Source of the DNA: Methanobacteriota archaeon
Lineage (GTDB): Archaea > Halobacteriota > Methanosarcinia > Methanosarcinales > Methanoperedenaceae
DNA: 64,000 nt
Assembly (NCBI GenBank): GCA_963793805.1
Contig: CAWCBK010000017.1
Span: 9,279 to 73,278, forward strand
Reading direction: 5' to 3'
The position numbers and the translations under genes are program-made. Shown here piece after piece: positions 1 to 9,648 of the stretch. A model generated the notes under the pieces. It was not told the DNA's origin. It saw only the letters and a program-made list of their open reading frames with translations, and did no database searches. Position 1 is the first letter of the stretch; every line of letters starts with the position of its first letter.

Positions 1-1039
1 TTTCTCCCAGGATATAAAGAGCTGTGAACTTTTCAGGTTCTGTAGTTACTTTTGCATATACCAGCATGGCGCTGACGATCAGTATTGCAATGATCATGGT
101 CTTTATCAGCATCTTCTCAAGCGCAGGATCGTATTCAGGACCTGTCTCTGTTTCTTTGCTCCTGAGTGTCCTGTAGAAGGACTTGATGTGTTCGGTGGAG
201 AAATAATAAGCCTGTTCTCCAAGCATCCGCCTCCTTATATATGCCGCGGCAAGAAGTATTACCATAATGAGGGTAAGGCTCATCACTATCGAATTGGGTC
301 GAAAACCCCATGGAGTGTAGTTAAGGGCAAATCCATCGAATACGAATATCGCTATGCTAAGACCTATGCTCAGGGTAAATCTTTCAATCGGGGAAAGCTC
401 CCCTTTTTTTGGGAACATTGCGGTGATAAACAGATATCCGGGCAGGAAGAGAAGGAACGGCAGCGCGAATACTATCCGAAGGAAGTTCTGGTTATATGGA
501 GGCAGCAGTATAAATACTATTGACAGGAGGATAAGAATAAGGACGAACTTGAGATCGAACGCGGATACGTTGATCTTTTTTCCTGAAAGCCTGCTCCCGA
601 TAAGAATGAGAGAGGAACCCAATGCCAGCCCTATACTGTCAGCAAGGAGATCCCATACGCTCATCGTCCTTCCTGGCACGAATGACTGGTGAAACTCATC
701 GCTTGCGCCATACGCGGTTCCGATGATGATAGTAAAGATGAAAGCATGGTTCCTCAGGCTCTGATAAGGGGAATTTCGCAGTGCAGCAAAGAGTATGAAC
801 CCGAATCCTGCATAAAGGGCTGCATGCGCAGCTTTGTCCGGGTATGCAGCAACGAAATAGAATGGGAACAGAAGGAACTCAAGATACGAGCTATCAAATT
901 GTTTCAAAAATTGTTCTATGAGCTTTATCATCTTTCCCGGATTTGGGACGCCTGAAGTAGACGACAGGTAAAATATGAACGCTGCATATAGCATAGCGAG
1001 TGAGAGATATATCTTGTAGCGATCCTTCATATTATTCAT
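1..1039 (-). CDS. VanZ-like domain + DUF1616 membrane protein fusion (3' end runs off the window)
   Basis: Not in the ORF track. Manual translation from ATG 1039: MNNMKDRYKIYLSLAMLYAAFIFYLSS...PDKAAHAALYAGFG...YGASDEFHQSFVPGRTMSVWDLLADSIG (VanZ motifs). The same frame at the window edge reads AKVTTEPEKFTALYILGE (DUF1616 motif). Confidence 0.75.
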   Translation of the reverse strand, partial: MNNMKDRYKIYLSLAMLYAAFIFYLSSTSGVPNPGKMIKLIEQFLKQFDSSYLEFLLFPFYFVAAYPDKAAHAALYAGFGFILFAALRNSPYQSLRNHAFIFTIIIGTAYGASDEFHQSFVPGRTMSVWDLLADSIGLALGSSLILIGSRLSGKKINVSAFDLKFVLILILLSIVFILLPPYNQNFLRIVFALPFLLFLPGYLFITAMFPKKGELSPIERFTLSIGLSIAIFVFDGFALNYTPWGFRPNSIVMSLTLIMVILLAAAYIRRRMLGEQAYYFSTEHIKSFYRTLRSKETETGPEYDPALEKMLIKTMIIAILIVSAMLVYAKVTTEPEKFTALYILGE

Positions 1040-1284
1040 GCCGATATCTGTTATTTTACCATTCCTTCATACAGAGAAAACAGTATATAGTTTTGTATCG
1101 AGCAAAAAATCAATTCAAAGCTATGATAAGCATAAGTATTAGAATAATCATGCTTTTATATTTTGAGAACGATAAATTTATATACTTTGATGAGCTTAAA
1201 TTAACATATTACTCAAGGATATGGTGGAAAATATGCCATAGTAAATAAAATTTGAGTAAATATACATTAAAGGGAGAAACAAAT

Positions 1285-1815
1285 ATGAAAAATAAAATGT
1301 TAACGATCGCTGCATTGTTTGCAGTGATGGTGGCAATGACGGGAATAGCGGCGGCGTCAGCAGTAGATGTTGACCCATCAACACCTGCAAATCCTTTACC
1401 CCATCCTCTAGATGGATCAACGAAAACCTATCCAGTACAATTCACGGCAATGGTGGCAGGCGAAAGATATATTAATGTCACTAATATTGGACTTACCAGT
1501 GTAAAAATATATGGTGACGAAATACCTGGCGGATTAACTGTTCCTGCCGGTGGCTCGGCTTCTATATTGTGGACACCAAGTTCAACCCCGGTAGATAATT
1601 TAAATTTAGATGTTACTACATCCACAGGAGGGGAAGTTACAATAGAAACTTGTTTGGTATCTGGAGGAGCTGATTGCGGCACTTCTGGTAAAATAGATTT
1701 TGGCACAGCATCTCAACAATTTGACATACCCGAATTCTCAACAATAGCCCTGCCTGTAGCAGGAGCGCTCGGATTGATATTCTTCTTCCAGCAGAGGAAG
1801 AAAAAAGAAGAGTAA
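1285..1815 (+). CDS. PEF-CTERM sorting-domain surface protein
   Basis: Signal peptide MKNKMLTIAALFAVMVAMTGIAAA; C-terminal IPEFSTIALPVAGALGLIFFFQQRKKKEE; RBS GGGAGA before ATG 1285. Confidence 0.9.
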   Translation: MKNKMLTIAALFAVMVAMTGIAAASAVDVDPSTPANPLPHPLDGSTKTYPVQFTAMVAGERYINVTNIGLTSVKIYGDEIPGGLTVPAGGSASILWTPSSTPVDNLNLDVTTSTGGEVTIETCLVSGGADCGTSGKIDFGTASQQFDIPEFSTIALPVAGALGLIFFFQQRKKKEE

Positions 1816-1837
1816 AACCACCGAACATCGATTGAAC

Positions 1838-1877
1838 ATGCTGGGTACAGTCCCGGCATATCTCTTTTATTTTTTTA
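1838..1877 (+). terminator. Hairpin + T-tract terminator
   Basis: atgctggg-tacagt-cccggcat followed by T-rich runs, just after the stop codon. Confidence 0.55.
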
Positions 1878-2068
1878 TCCTATAAAGAATGAATAAACTT
1901 TTTGTCACCATATTGTATGATAATAATTATAAGTATATAGATGTATGTATATTAAACTAACGATAATTTTAAATACTTGCGGGATTAATAAGTTATTTAT
2001 GTTACTCATGGGTTGGTGGCGAACCTCCCGGAGTTAATAAAATATTTGATTGTTTGGGAGAGATAAGA

Positions 2069-2554
2069 ATGAGAAATAAAATAAAGAAAATATTGTCAAT
2101 GTTGTTGATAGGAATAATGTTTGGGGGTATACCCGCAGTAGCAGAAACAGGCATCACGACCTGGGATGGAAATGGCGCCGAAAAAGTGGGCACGTGTAAC
2201 TCAAACGAGGAACCATATCTGCATTGGGTCTTCACAAAAGACGGGTACACTTTGAACTCGGTAATGTTAACCCTTGTGGTCAATGGGATCGCATCCGCAC
2301 CAGTGGTAATGGAACAGCATGCCGACGGCTCATACACGTATGATGCAATTGGGTCATACGACCCGGAGACGCTCACCGGGACGCATGTCGACTTCAACGT
2401 GGTTACATCGGGAAATGGGAATCTTGTTCTCACGATCAGTGGTGGGTGTACAGGAGGCACAGAAATCCCCGAATTCTCTACAGTCGCCCTGCCCATAGCA
2501 GCAGTCCTCGGTCTTGTATTCTTCTTCCAGCACAGGAAGAACAAGAAAGAATGA
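2069..2554 (+). CDS. PEF-CTERM sorting-domain surface protein
   Basis: Signal peptide MRNKIKKILSMLLIGIMFGGIPAVA; C-terminus EIPEFSTVALPIAAVLGLVFFFQHRKNKKE. Confidence 0.9.
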   Translation: MRNKIKKILSMLLIGIMFGGIPAVAETGITTWDGNGAEKVGTCNSNEEPYLHWVFTKDGYTLNSVMLTLVVNGIASAPVVMEQHADGSYTYDAIGSYDPETLTGTHVDFNVVTSGNGNLVLTISGGCTGGTEIPEFSTVALPIAAVLGLVFFFQHRKNKKE

Positions 2555-2577
2555 AACTGGCGAAGCATTGGATAATC

Positions 2578-2608
2578 AAGTTGGGCTAAAACCCAACTTT
2601 TCTTTTTT
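2578..2608 (+). terminator. Hairpin + T-tract terminator
   Basis: aagttggg-ctaaaa-cccaactt followed by ttcttttttt. Confidence 0.65.
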
Positions 2609-2657
2609 AGTAAGCCATTTCATATTGATCTTAGAATCCCATTGTAAATAAGGAGGA

Positions 2658-2708
2658 ATGAACCTGGAAATAATCGAAATAAAGTGTCAAAACTTTAATA
2701 CATCATGA
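2658..2708 (+). pseudogene. Truncated copy of the Zn-finger microprotein gene
   Basis: MNLEIIEIKCQNFNTS*; about 40 nt nearly identical to 3770-3812; RBS AGGAGG. Confidence 0.55.
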
Positions 2709-2885
2709 TCCGATATAGAGAGCTTCATCGAATTATTTATGATAATGATGATAATAGTTGTTATTATATAGATATATATTTTTTTAAGTAAATAGATATA
2801 TATACCAATACGTTGAAGTAAATAGAAAATAAAGATGGTGGAAACCCCTTCATAAATGTGTGAATGACCTGCATGGAGAAATAGA

Positions 2886-3779
2886 ATGAGAAATAAACTG
2901 ATCTTGTTGATAATGATTGCGACCTTGATGATAGGAGTTGCGACCTTGATAATAGGAGTTGCGGATGCCGATAGTTCTAAAATAAAAGGGATGACAAAAT
3001 ACATCAATCCGAATGATCAAGATCAAGTCTCATTCATCGTGGAAACGGATTCTGGAACAAGTGAAGTGACTGTTAATGATCATGAATTGGAAAAGATCGG
3101 GAACAATAGATGGCATGGAAATATCCCATTAACCGAAACAGACGAAGATACTGATACCGTCAAAATAAAAGCCAAAAAGGATGTTGAAGATATTGATGAA
3201 GAAAATATTGGAAATGGAGGCTGTCCGGGCAGGGATAGCTTTAATTCCCACGATATGGAATATGAATTTGCGCGAATAAACCCCGTGCCTCTGTATGGTA
3301 CGCAAACCACCTATTATCTTGACACATTTTATAGATCTGGCGCCGGTGTTATTGGATTTTGTGTCTATCCTGAACCGGGTTATGATCCCAAGAAAGGTTT
3401 GTTAAAGTTGGAATATAATACAACGAGTTGGGAAATAAAATACAATTTAAAAAGTGAAAAGAAGGATTATTTTGGATTTGGAAGAAAGGGTGGAAATCAG
3501 GAGAACATTCGTGTTGATGGGACGAAAAATATACTACTTGCAAGAAGTACTTTTGGTCAAGATTCCAATTCAGGAAAAATATTGATGCATATTCTGGATA
3601 AAGATGAGTGCTCAAAAACAAATAATAATGAGGACAACGATAACAATCCTGAAACTTGCTTCCGAAGACCGGGAGAACAAGAACAAAGTATTCCTGAATT
3701 TTCAACCTTCGCCCTGCCACTGGCAGCAGTCATTGGTCTTGTATTCATCTTCCAGCACAGAAGAAAAAAGGAGGAATGA
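2886..3779 (+). CDS. PEF-CTERM sorting-domain surface protein
   Basis: Signal peptide containing a duplicated heptapeptide; C-terminus SIPEFSTFALPLAAVIGLVFIFQHRRKKEE. Confidence 0.9.
   Translation: MRNKLILLIMIATLMIGVATLIIGVADADSSKIKGMTKYINPNDQDQVSFIVETDSGTSEVTVNDHELEKIGNNRWHGNIPLTETDEDTDTVKIKAKKDVEDIDEENIGNGGCPGRDSFNSHDMEYEFARINPVPLYGTQTTYYLDTFYRSGAGVIGFCVYPEPGYDPKKGLLKLEYNTTSWEIKYNLKSEKKDYFGFGRKGGNQENIRVDGTKNILLARSTFGQDSNSGKILMHILDKDECSKTNNNEDNDNNPETCFRRPGEQEQSIPEFSTFALPLAAVIGLVFIFQHRRKKEE
2919..2963 (+). repeat. 21-bp tandem duplication within the signal-peptide coding region
   Basis: gcgaccttgatgataggagtt / gcgaccttgataataggagtt / gcg, encoding ATLMIGV-ATLIIGV. Confidence 0.85.
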
Positions 3780-3916
3780 ACCTGGAAATAATCGAAATAA
3801 AATGTAAAAACTGCGGTAAAGAACTATATATCCAGGAGGAGTACGTCAGGGAAAAGATGTTCTGCACTCTGGGATGCATGGATTTATATTCAGAAGCGGC
3901 TTCACCGCACCCATAA
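3776..3916 (+). CDS. 46-aa Zn-finger microprotein (CxxC...FCxxxC, TRASH/FCS-like)
   Basis: MNLEIIEIKCKNCGKELYIQEEYVREKMFCTLGCMDLYSEAASPHP; ATGA overlap with the upstream stop; paralog at 30955..31125. Confidence 0.7.
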   Translation: MNLEIIEIKCKNCGKELYIQEEYVREKMFCTLGCMDLYSEAASPHP

Positions 3917-4008
3917 GACGGCTTCTGTTTTTTTCTCTATCTTTTATTATTCCTCTTTCTCAATAATCTTTATAGATAATGATTGTTATTTAGACCTAAG
4001 GTGTTCAT

Positions 4009-4971
4009 TTGAATAATCTCTACTGGGTCGTCCTTGAAATAAGTCTTTTATTTTTCTTTCCATTATTTATCATCCTTATCACTACGCCATACCTCATACG
4101 AAAGCTCACAAAAAAAGGTCTCGTGGTAAAGGACTACTACAAGAGGGGGGTAAAAATGGTCCCCACGGGCGGCGGACTTGCGATAATGCTCGCAGTCCTG
4201 TTCTCGATGTCCATAAATTCCATGTTCTACAAATTCGATGCAACGAACTTCGTGGCATTGAACGTGATAATGCTCTTCGGGTTATTCGGCATACTGGATG
4301 ATATGATAGACATCGGGAGACCTGCAAAACTCTTGCTGATGTACTACTGCTCCTATCCCCTGATGCAGTATGCCGCACAAACATACGTCCTTTTCCCGTA
4401 TCTGGGCAGTATCGATTTGGGGATAGCATACAGCCAGTTCATTGTACCCACTTTTGTCCTTGTCACTGCAAATCTTGTGAACATGCATTCAGGTTATAAC
4501 GGGATGTCATCAGGTCTATCGGTAATAATACTGGTCTCTCTCATCATTAAGTCCCTGATGACTGGAAATATAAATAACGTCACTGCGATAATTGCAATAA
4601 CAGGCGCTACATTTGGTTTCCATCTGTTCGAACGCTATCCCTCCCGCATCTTCTGGGGCAATATCGGATCTCTCACCGTGGGTGCAACCATCGGTGTGAT
4701 GATAGTGATGCAGGGATTCATATTCAGCGGCTTTATCATGCTGCTGCCTCATACAATAAATTTCCTGATGTATGTTTACTGGCGCATCAAAAAGTATCCC
4801 CAGGTAAAGTTCGGGAAGGTAAGAGACGACGGCACGCTTGAAGTACCCAACAACCTTACCCTTAAATGGGTGCTTCCATATTACAGGAATGTCACAGAGC
4901 AGCAGGCAACATACGCCATGTACGCCGTCACTGCTGTTTTCTGTATTATAGGGATATTGATACCGGGGTAA
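4009..4971 (+). CDS. Glycosyltransferase family 4 (MraY/GPT/AglH-like) polyprenyl-phosphate HexNAc-1-phosphate transferase
   Basis: Multi-TM protein; motifs [32 protein letters not shown]. Confidence 0.85.
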   Translation: MNNLYWVVLEISLLFFFPLFIILITTPYLIRKLTKKGLVVKDYYKRGVKMVPTGGGLAIMLAVLFSMSINSMFYKFDATNFVALNVIMLFGLFGILDDMIDIGRPAKLLLMYYCSYPLMQYAAQTYVLFPYLGSIDLGIAYSQFIVPTFVLVTANLVNMHSGYNGMSSGLSVIILVSLIIKSLMTGNINNVTAIIAITGATFGFHLFERYPSRIFWGNIGSLTVGATIGVMIVMQGFIFSGFIMLLPHTINFLMYVYWRIKKYPQVKFGKVRDDGTLEVPNNLTLKWVLPYYRNVTEQQATYAMYAVTAVFCIIGILIPG

Positions 4972-4976
4972 TAAAA

Positions 4977-5627
4977 ATGGATCAGGAGAATTTCAAGATT
5001 TATGGACAAAGCCGTATTGGAAAGAATGCCATAATAGGTGAAAGAGTGATTATCGGATATCCAACAGCCGATATCTTAAAACAGGCTGCATCTTCTGGAA
5101 AAAATATCGAAGATATGAACTTTAAAGGCGCTGTCATTGGAGATAACGCCGTCATAAGATCAAATTCCACAATTTACACTGATGTTGAGATTGGAAATGA
5201 ATTTCGAACCGGACACAACATTATGATCCGGGAAAAGACTGTGATCGGTAACAAAGTTCTTATTGGAACGAACACGATCATAGATGGTCATACAAGGATA
5301 GGCAGCAATGTCAGCATCCAGGGAAATGTGTATATCCCACTGAATGTCACCATTGAGGACAATGTTTTCATTGGTCCATGCGCCGTTCTCACGAACGATA
5401 AATATCCGATCAGAAAAAAAACATCTCTCGGAGGGCCAATTTTGCGACGCGGTGCGTCAATAGGGGCAAATGCCACCCTGCTTCCGGAAGTAGAGATCGG
5501 CGAGGGTGCGATGGTAGCAGCCGGAGCGCTTGTATCAAAGGACGTCCCGCCCTGGAAACTGGCTGTGGGTTTCCCCGCAAAGATCAGGGATCTGCCGGAA
5601 GAATTAAGGATAGTAAATAACATCTGA
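4977..5627 (+). CDS. Hexapeptide-repeat N-acetyltransferase (WbpD-like)
   Basis: Left-handed beta-helix hexapeptide repeats; [23 protein letters not shown]. Confidence 0.85.
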   Translation: MDQENFKIYGQSRIGKNAIIGERVIIGYPTADILKQAASSGKNIEDMNFKGAVIGDNAVIRSNSTIYTDVEIGNEFRTGHNIMIREKTVIGNKVLIGTNTIIDGHTRIGSNVSIQGNVYIPLNVTIEDNVFIGPCAVLTNDKYPIRKKTSLGGPILRRGASIGANATLLPEVEIGEGAMVAAGALVSKDVPPWKLAVGFPAKIRDLPEELRIVNNI

Positions 5628-5632
5628 ACATT

Positions 5633-6721
5633 ATGATCCCAATTGCAAAGCCACTTATAGGTGATGATGAAATAAATGCCGTCACGGAAGTTCTGAGATC
5701 AGGAACTATCGCTGAAGGACAGAAAGTAAAAGATTTTGAGGCTGCTTTTGCTGATCATACCGGCACCTCCCACGCTGTCGCGGTGAATTCGGGGACTGCC
5801 GCGCTCCATGTCGCACTCCTTTCCCATAATATCGGCGCAGGCGATGAAGTTATCACAACACCTTTTAGTTTCGTGGCTACATCAAATTCTGTCTTGTTCA
5901 CAGGCGCAAAACCTGTTTTTGCAGACATCGATGAAAAGACGTTCAATATTGACCCTGAAAGCATCATAGAAAAGATAACTCCAGGAACAAAGGCAATTAT
6001 TCCAGTCCATCTCTATGGGCAGGCGGCTGATATGAAAAAGATAATGGAAATTGCAGAAGATCATGACCTCATAGTTATCGAGGATGCATGTCAGGCGCAC
6101 GGAGCAACTTACGATGGCAGGAAAGTTGGATCATTTGGCACAGGTACGTTCAGTTTTTATCCCACCAAGAACATGACAACCGGGGAAGGGGGCATGATCA
6201 CAACAGATAATAAGAATGTAGCTGAACGAGCAAGGATGATCCGATCACATGGTTCAAAGCAGCGATATTTCCATGAGATGCTCGGTTACAATCTTCGCAT
6301 GACTGATATAGCCGCGGCAATTGGACTTGTCCAGTTGCAGAAGCTTGATAAATTCAATATTACTAGGATCAGTAATGCCAGATATCTGAGTGGCAAATTA
6401 AATAATATCAAAGGATTGAGACTTCCAGCTATTGATAAGCGCTGCGGGCATGTATTCCATCAGTACACAGTAAGGGTAAACAGCAGCACCATATCACGAG
6501 ATGAAGTTGTGTCTTTTTTAAATAAAAAAGGGATCGGGACAGGGATATATTATCCACTTCCGATCCATAAACAACCATATTATAAAGAAATTGGTTTCAA
6601 TGATTCTTTGCCTGTTTCAGAAAAAGCATCTTTTGAGGTTGTTTCTCTTCCTATCCACCCGGCGATCAATAAAACAGACCTTGATATGATCTCTGAAGCA
6701 ATAAGTGACCTGTCTTTATGA
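5633..6721 (+). CDS. DegT/DnrJ/EryC1/StrS sugar aminotransferase (WbpE-like)
   Basis: NSGTAALH, EDACQAHGA, FSFYPTKN (PLP lysine). Confidence 0.92.
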   Translation: MIPIAKPLIGDDEINAVTEVLRSGTIAEGQKVKDFEAAFADHTGTSHAVAVNSGTAALHVALLSHNIGAGDEVITTPFSFVATSNSVLFTGAKPVFADIDEKTFNIDPESIIEKITPGTKAIIPVHLYGQAADMKKIMEIAEDHDLIVIEDACQAHGATYDGRKVGSFGTGTFSFYPTKNMTTGEGGMITTDNKNVAERARMIRSHGSKQRYFHEMLGYNLRMTDIAAAIGLVQLQKLDKFNITRISNARYLSGKLNNIKGLRLPAIDKRCGHVFHQYTVRVNSSTISRDEVVSFLNKKGIGTGIYYPLPIHKQPYYKEIGFNDSLPVSEKASFEVVSLPIHPAINKTDLDMISEAISDLSL

Positions 6722-6744
6722 TCAAAATAGTTCAAATATAGCTA

Positions 6745-6909
6745 TCAGTGCTTGCTTCGACAAGCTGTCAGATGGGGAAGATGTATGGCTGTGTCGATAT
6801 AGGATAAGTCAGAAAAATAATGGCCATATTCTTCTATGTACCTTTGCTCCCAGCACCTGTCAAGTGCATTCCAGTCTATTCCATTGCCAGAGTCCTTTTT
6901 TATTCTCAT
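6745..6909 (-). CDS. Small hypothetical protein
   Basis: MRIKKDSGNGIDWNALDRCWEQRYIEEYGHYFSD...; fills an intergenic gap; no recognisable motif. Confidence 0.3.
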   Translation of the reverse strand: MRIKKDSGNGIDWNALDRCWEQRYIEEYGHYFSDLSYIDTAIHLPHLTACRSKH

Positions 6910-6978
6910 CATAATTATAACCATTGACCTCATTTTTAACAATGACCCCATGCTATATATAATTTACCGAATGCAGTA

Positions 6979-6998
6979 ATAATCATAATTATGATTAT
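6979..6998. promoter_or_regulatory. Perfect 20-bp palindrome, candidate operator
   Basis: ATAATCATAATTATGATTAT is its own reverse complement; lies upstream of a TATA-like element and the 7113 gene. Confidence 0.45.
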
Positions 6999-7112
6999 AT
7001 TATTGGCACGATATATTTAAATATTTTAGCGTCGTGCATTATGTAATGGTCGCTTTTTAAATTTATAATTACGACCAATGGTTTAAAAAACAATATATCT
7101 GGTGGTTTTAAT

Positions 7113-8054
7113 TTGAGAATAGGTGTAATCGGTACGGGGGCAATGGGGCAGCATCATTTAAGAATTTATAGTGAGATGAGAGATGTAGAACTTGTGGGCC
7201 TCTGTGATGTAGATAAGAATAGAGCCGTTTCGCTTGCAAAAATGCACAATACTACTGCTTATTTTGATCACAGGGAGCTTCTTAAGCAAGACCTTGATGC
7301 AGTAAGCGTTGTTGTGCCCACGACCCTTCATAAAGAGGTCGCATTTGACGTAATTAATTCAGGCACGCATTTGCTTGTTGAAAAACCAATAGCTGATACC
7401 CTTGAAAATGCAGACATGATGATAAAAGCCGCGCATGATGCAAAAGTAAAACTTATGGTCGGACATATCGAAAGATTTAATCCCGCTGTCTTGAAATTAA
7501 AAGAGATAATCGACTCTGGTATGCTGGGAAAGATCGTTTCAATATCGTCCCGCCGGGTAGGTCCTTTCAACCCGCGCATACGCGATGTAGGGATAATAAT
7601 GGATCTTGGGGTACATGATATTGATGTTATATCTTACCTGTATGGGCGTAAGATCAATGAAGTTTATACTATCGCAGGCAATGATATTCATTCATTCGAA
7701 GACCATGCGACCATATTATTAAGATGCGACACCAATCTTTCAGGAATGGTAAAAACGAACTGGCTGACACCGAATAAAATTAGAAAACTTACCGCTATAG
7801 GATTAAAAGGTGTAGCTTACCTCGACTATATTAAGCAGACAGTCGAAATTGAAGATGATACCTGGGTAAGGACTGCAAAGATCGAACCAAGAGAACCTCT
7901 AAAGGTCGAACTTGAGCATTTTGTGAATGCAGTAGGAAACGGTCATGATGTGATATCTAACGGAGAAACAAGCAGACATGCACTACAGGTCGCAATGGCG
8001 GCTATTGAATCTTATAAAAAAGGGAAAGCTATAGAGATTAAACCCCGTATTTAA
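7113..8054 (+). CDS. Gfo/Idh/MocA oxidoreductase (UDP-sugar 3-dehydrogenase, WbpB-like)
   Basis: IGVIGTGAMG, EKPI, VGHIERFNP, DLGVHDID. Confidence 0.9.
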   Translation: MRIGVIGTGAMGQHHLRIYSEMRDVELVGLCDVDKNRAVSLAKMHNTTAYFDHRELLKQDLDAVSVVVPTTLHKEVAFDVINSGTHLLVEKPIADTLENADMMIKAAHDAKVKLMVGHIERFNPAVLKLKEIIDSGMLGKIVSISSRRVGPFNPRIRDVGIIMDLGVHDIDVISYLYGRKINEVYTIAGNDIHSFEDHATILLRCDTNLSGMVKTNWLTPNKIRKLTAIGLKGVAYLDYIKQTVEIEDDTWVRTAKIEPREPLKVELEHFVNAVGNGHDVISNGETSRHALQVAMAAIESYKKGKAIEIKPRI

Positions 8055-8061
8055 TACGGGG
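8043..8061. terminator. Inverted repeat between convergent genes
   Basis: ccccgtatt-t-aatacgggg at the two convergent stop codons. Confidence 0.5.
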
Positions 8062-8062
8062 A

Positions 8063-9485
8063 CTAAGAATTGATCTCGTGATTGTTTTTGTCTCCCCTTC
8101 CTATTCCTTTGTAAATAAATCCCTCTTTTATAAAGGCATCCGGATCAATGACGTTCCTGCCATCTATTATCACCGGATGAGGCAAACCTGTTAATTTCCT
8201 GATCTTGCCCGCTTTAAGCTCAAAATACTGCCTATGCCCCGTGAAAATTACAACTGCTGTTGCGTCTTTTAGAGCTTCTTCAATATCCTGAGTTATTTTA
8301 ATAGCGCTCGATTCAGAGACATAAGGGTCATGGACCGAGACTTGCGCGCCCTGCTCCATGATTTTAAGGTAATATGGTTCTGACGGCGTATTTCTGGTAT
8401 CGTCTGAGTTATTTATAAATGCCCAGCCCAGTATGGCAACTTTTGAACCCCTGGGTTCTTTCCCGGCCCTTGAGAGAGCCTCAACTGTCAGATTATACAT
8501 ATGGTGGGGCATGAAGTCATTTATTTTTCTTGCCACTACATAGAGCGACTCCGCATTTTCGGGAAAATCCAATTGTCCTGCCATTCTGGCCCCCCGTTCA
8601 AGATGATATGTATCCTTGGTAAGGCAATGCCCTCCCACACCTGCACCCGGATAAAGTACAGCTCTTGTTATTCCCTCTCCTTTAAGGCTATCAATACCAT
8701 CCCTGACATCATAGACATTGATCCTCATTGCCTCGCAATAGAGGGCAAGTTCGTTTATAGCAGCTATTTGCAGGTCCCGGAATGTGTTCTCTGCGGTTTT
8801 TGTAGCTTCGGCTGCTGTTGAATCCATAGGTATTATTTTGCCACTGGTTAAAATAGGTTCATAAAGTTCAATTGCCCGCAGGGTGCTTGCTTCATTTATA
8901 CCGCCCACTATCCTGTCATGCTCCTGAATATTTCTTATTAATCGCCCCACCATTACTCTCTCAGGCGCATGTGCAAGTGCAAAATCCTCACCAGCTACAA
9001 GTCCTGATTCTTTACTCAAAATATCAGTCGCAAGGCCTGTCGTCGTTCCTGGTGTTATAGTCGATTCAAGGACGACAAGCATCCCCGTCTTCAAATACCT
9101 GCCCACCTGCCTTAGACCTTCTTCCAGGGCGCTAAAATCAGGTTCAAGACTGACATTATCCTTAAAATGGTGTTTGTATTGCTAAAGTGACAGCATCGAC
9201 CTCTGTAATCCTCGAAAAGTCCGATGTGGCTTCGAATCTTCCGGATTTTCTGACCTTTTTTATAAGGTCTTCAAGCCCCGGCTCTTCTCCCTTTAAAGGA
9301 CTTTCTCCGCTGTTTAGCATTTCTATTTTATAACCGGAACTTGGTGAATCGCGCTGGAAGCCCAGGACAAGATCAAAATGCTCGGCAAATAAAACTGCTG
9401 ATGGGATTCCCACGTATCCCATACCCACTACACCTACATTCTTGATTCTGCCCCTATTATCCAAAATTGTTTTTAGGTCTTTCAT
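8063..9485 (-). CDS. UDP-N-acetyl-D-glucosamine/mannosamine 6-dehydrogenase (WbpA/WecC-like), with one frameshift
   Basis: N-part VVGMGYVG...AIQTPF and C-part LESTITPGTT, PERV, GVGGHCL. An extra T in a TTTT run near 9164-9167 breaks the frame; removing it gives ...TPFKDNVSLEPDFSALEEGLRQVGRYL. Confidence 0.85.
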
Positions 9486-9648
9486 ATTGTTCTTCTTTTT
9501 GAATGTCAATATATCCCAATAAACTTTTTGTGTTCAATGTTATCTTTTCCCGAAAAATTGTAGTATCCCGAAATATGAAAACCATATATTTAAGAAGTCA
9601 AATGAAGTAAAAGAAACCCTGAATTATTAAGAATATCATCGGTAAAAC

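Noticed and set aside
188-955. Plus-strand ORFs 188..523, 354..692 and 689..955
   Set aside because: Antisense shadows of the minus-strand VanZ-DUF1616 gene
9150-9175. Programmed frameshift or stop-codon readthrough (Pyl/Sec) in the sugar dehydrogenase
   Set aside because: The stop is TAA and the halves are in different frames; one extra T explains it
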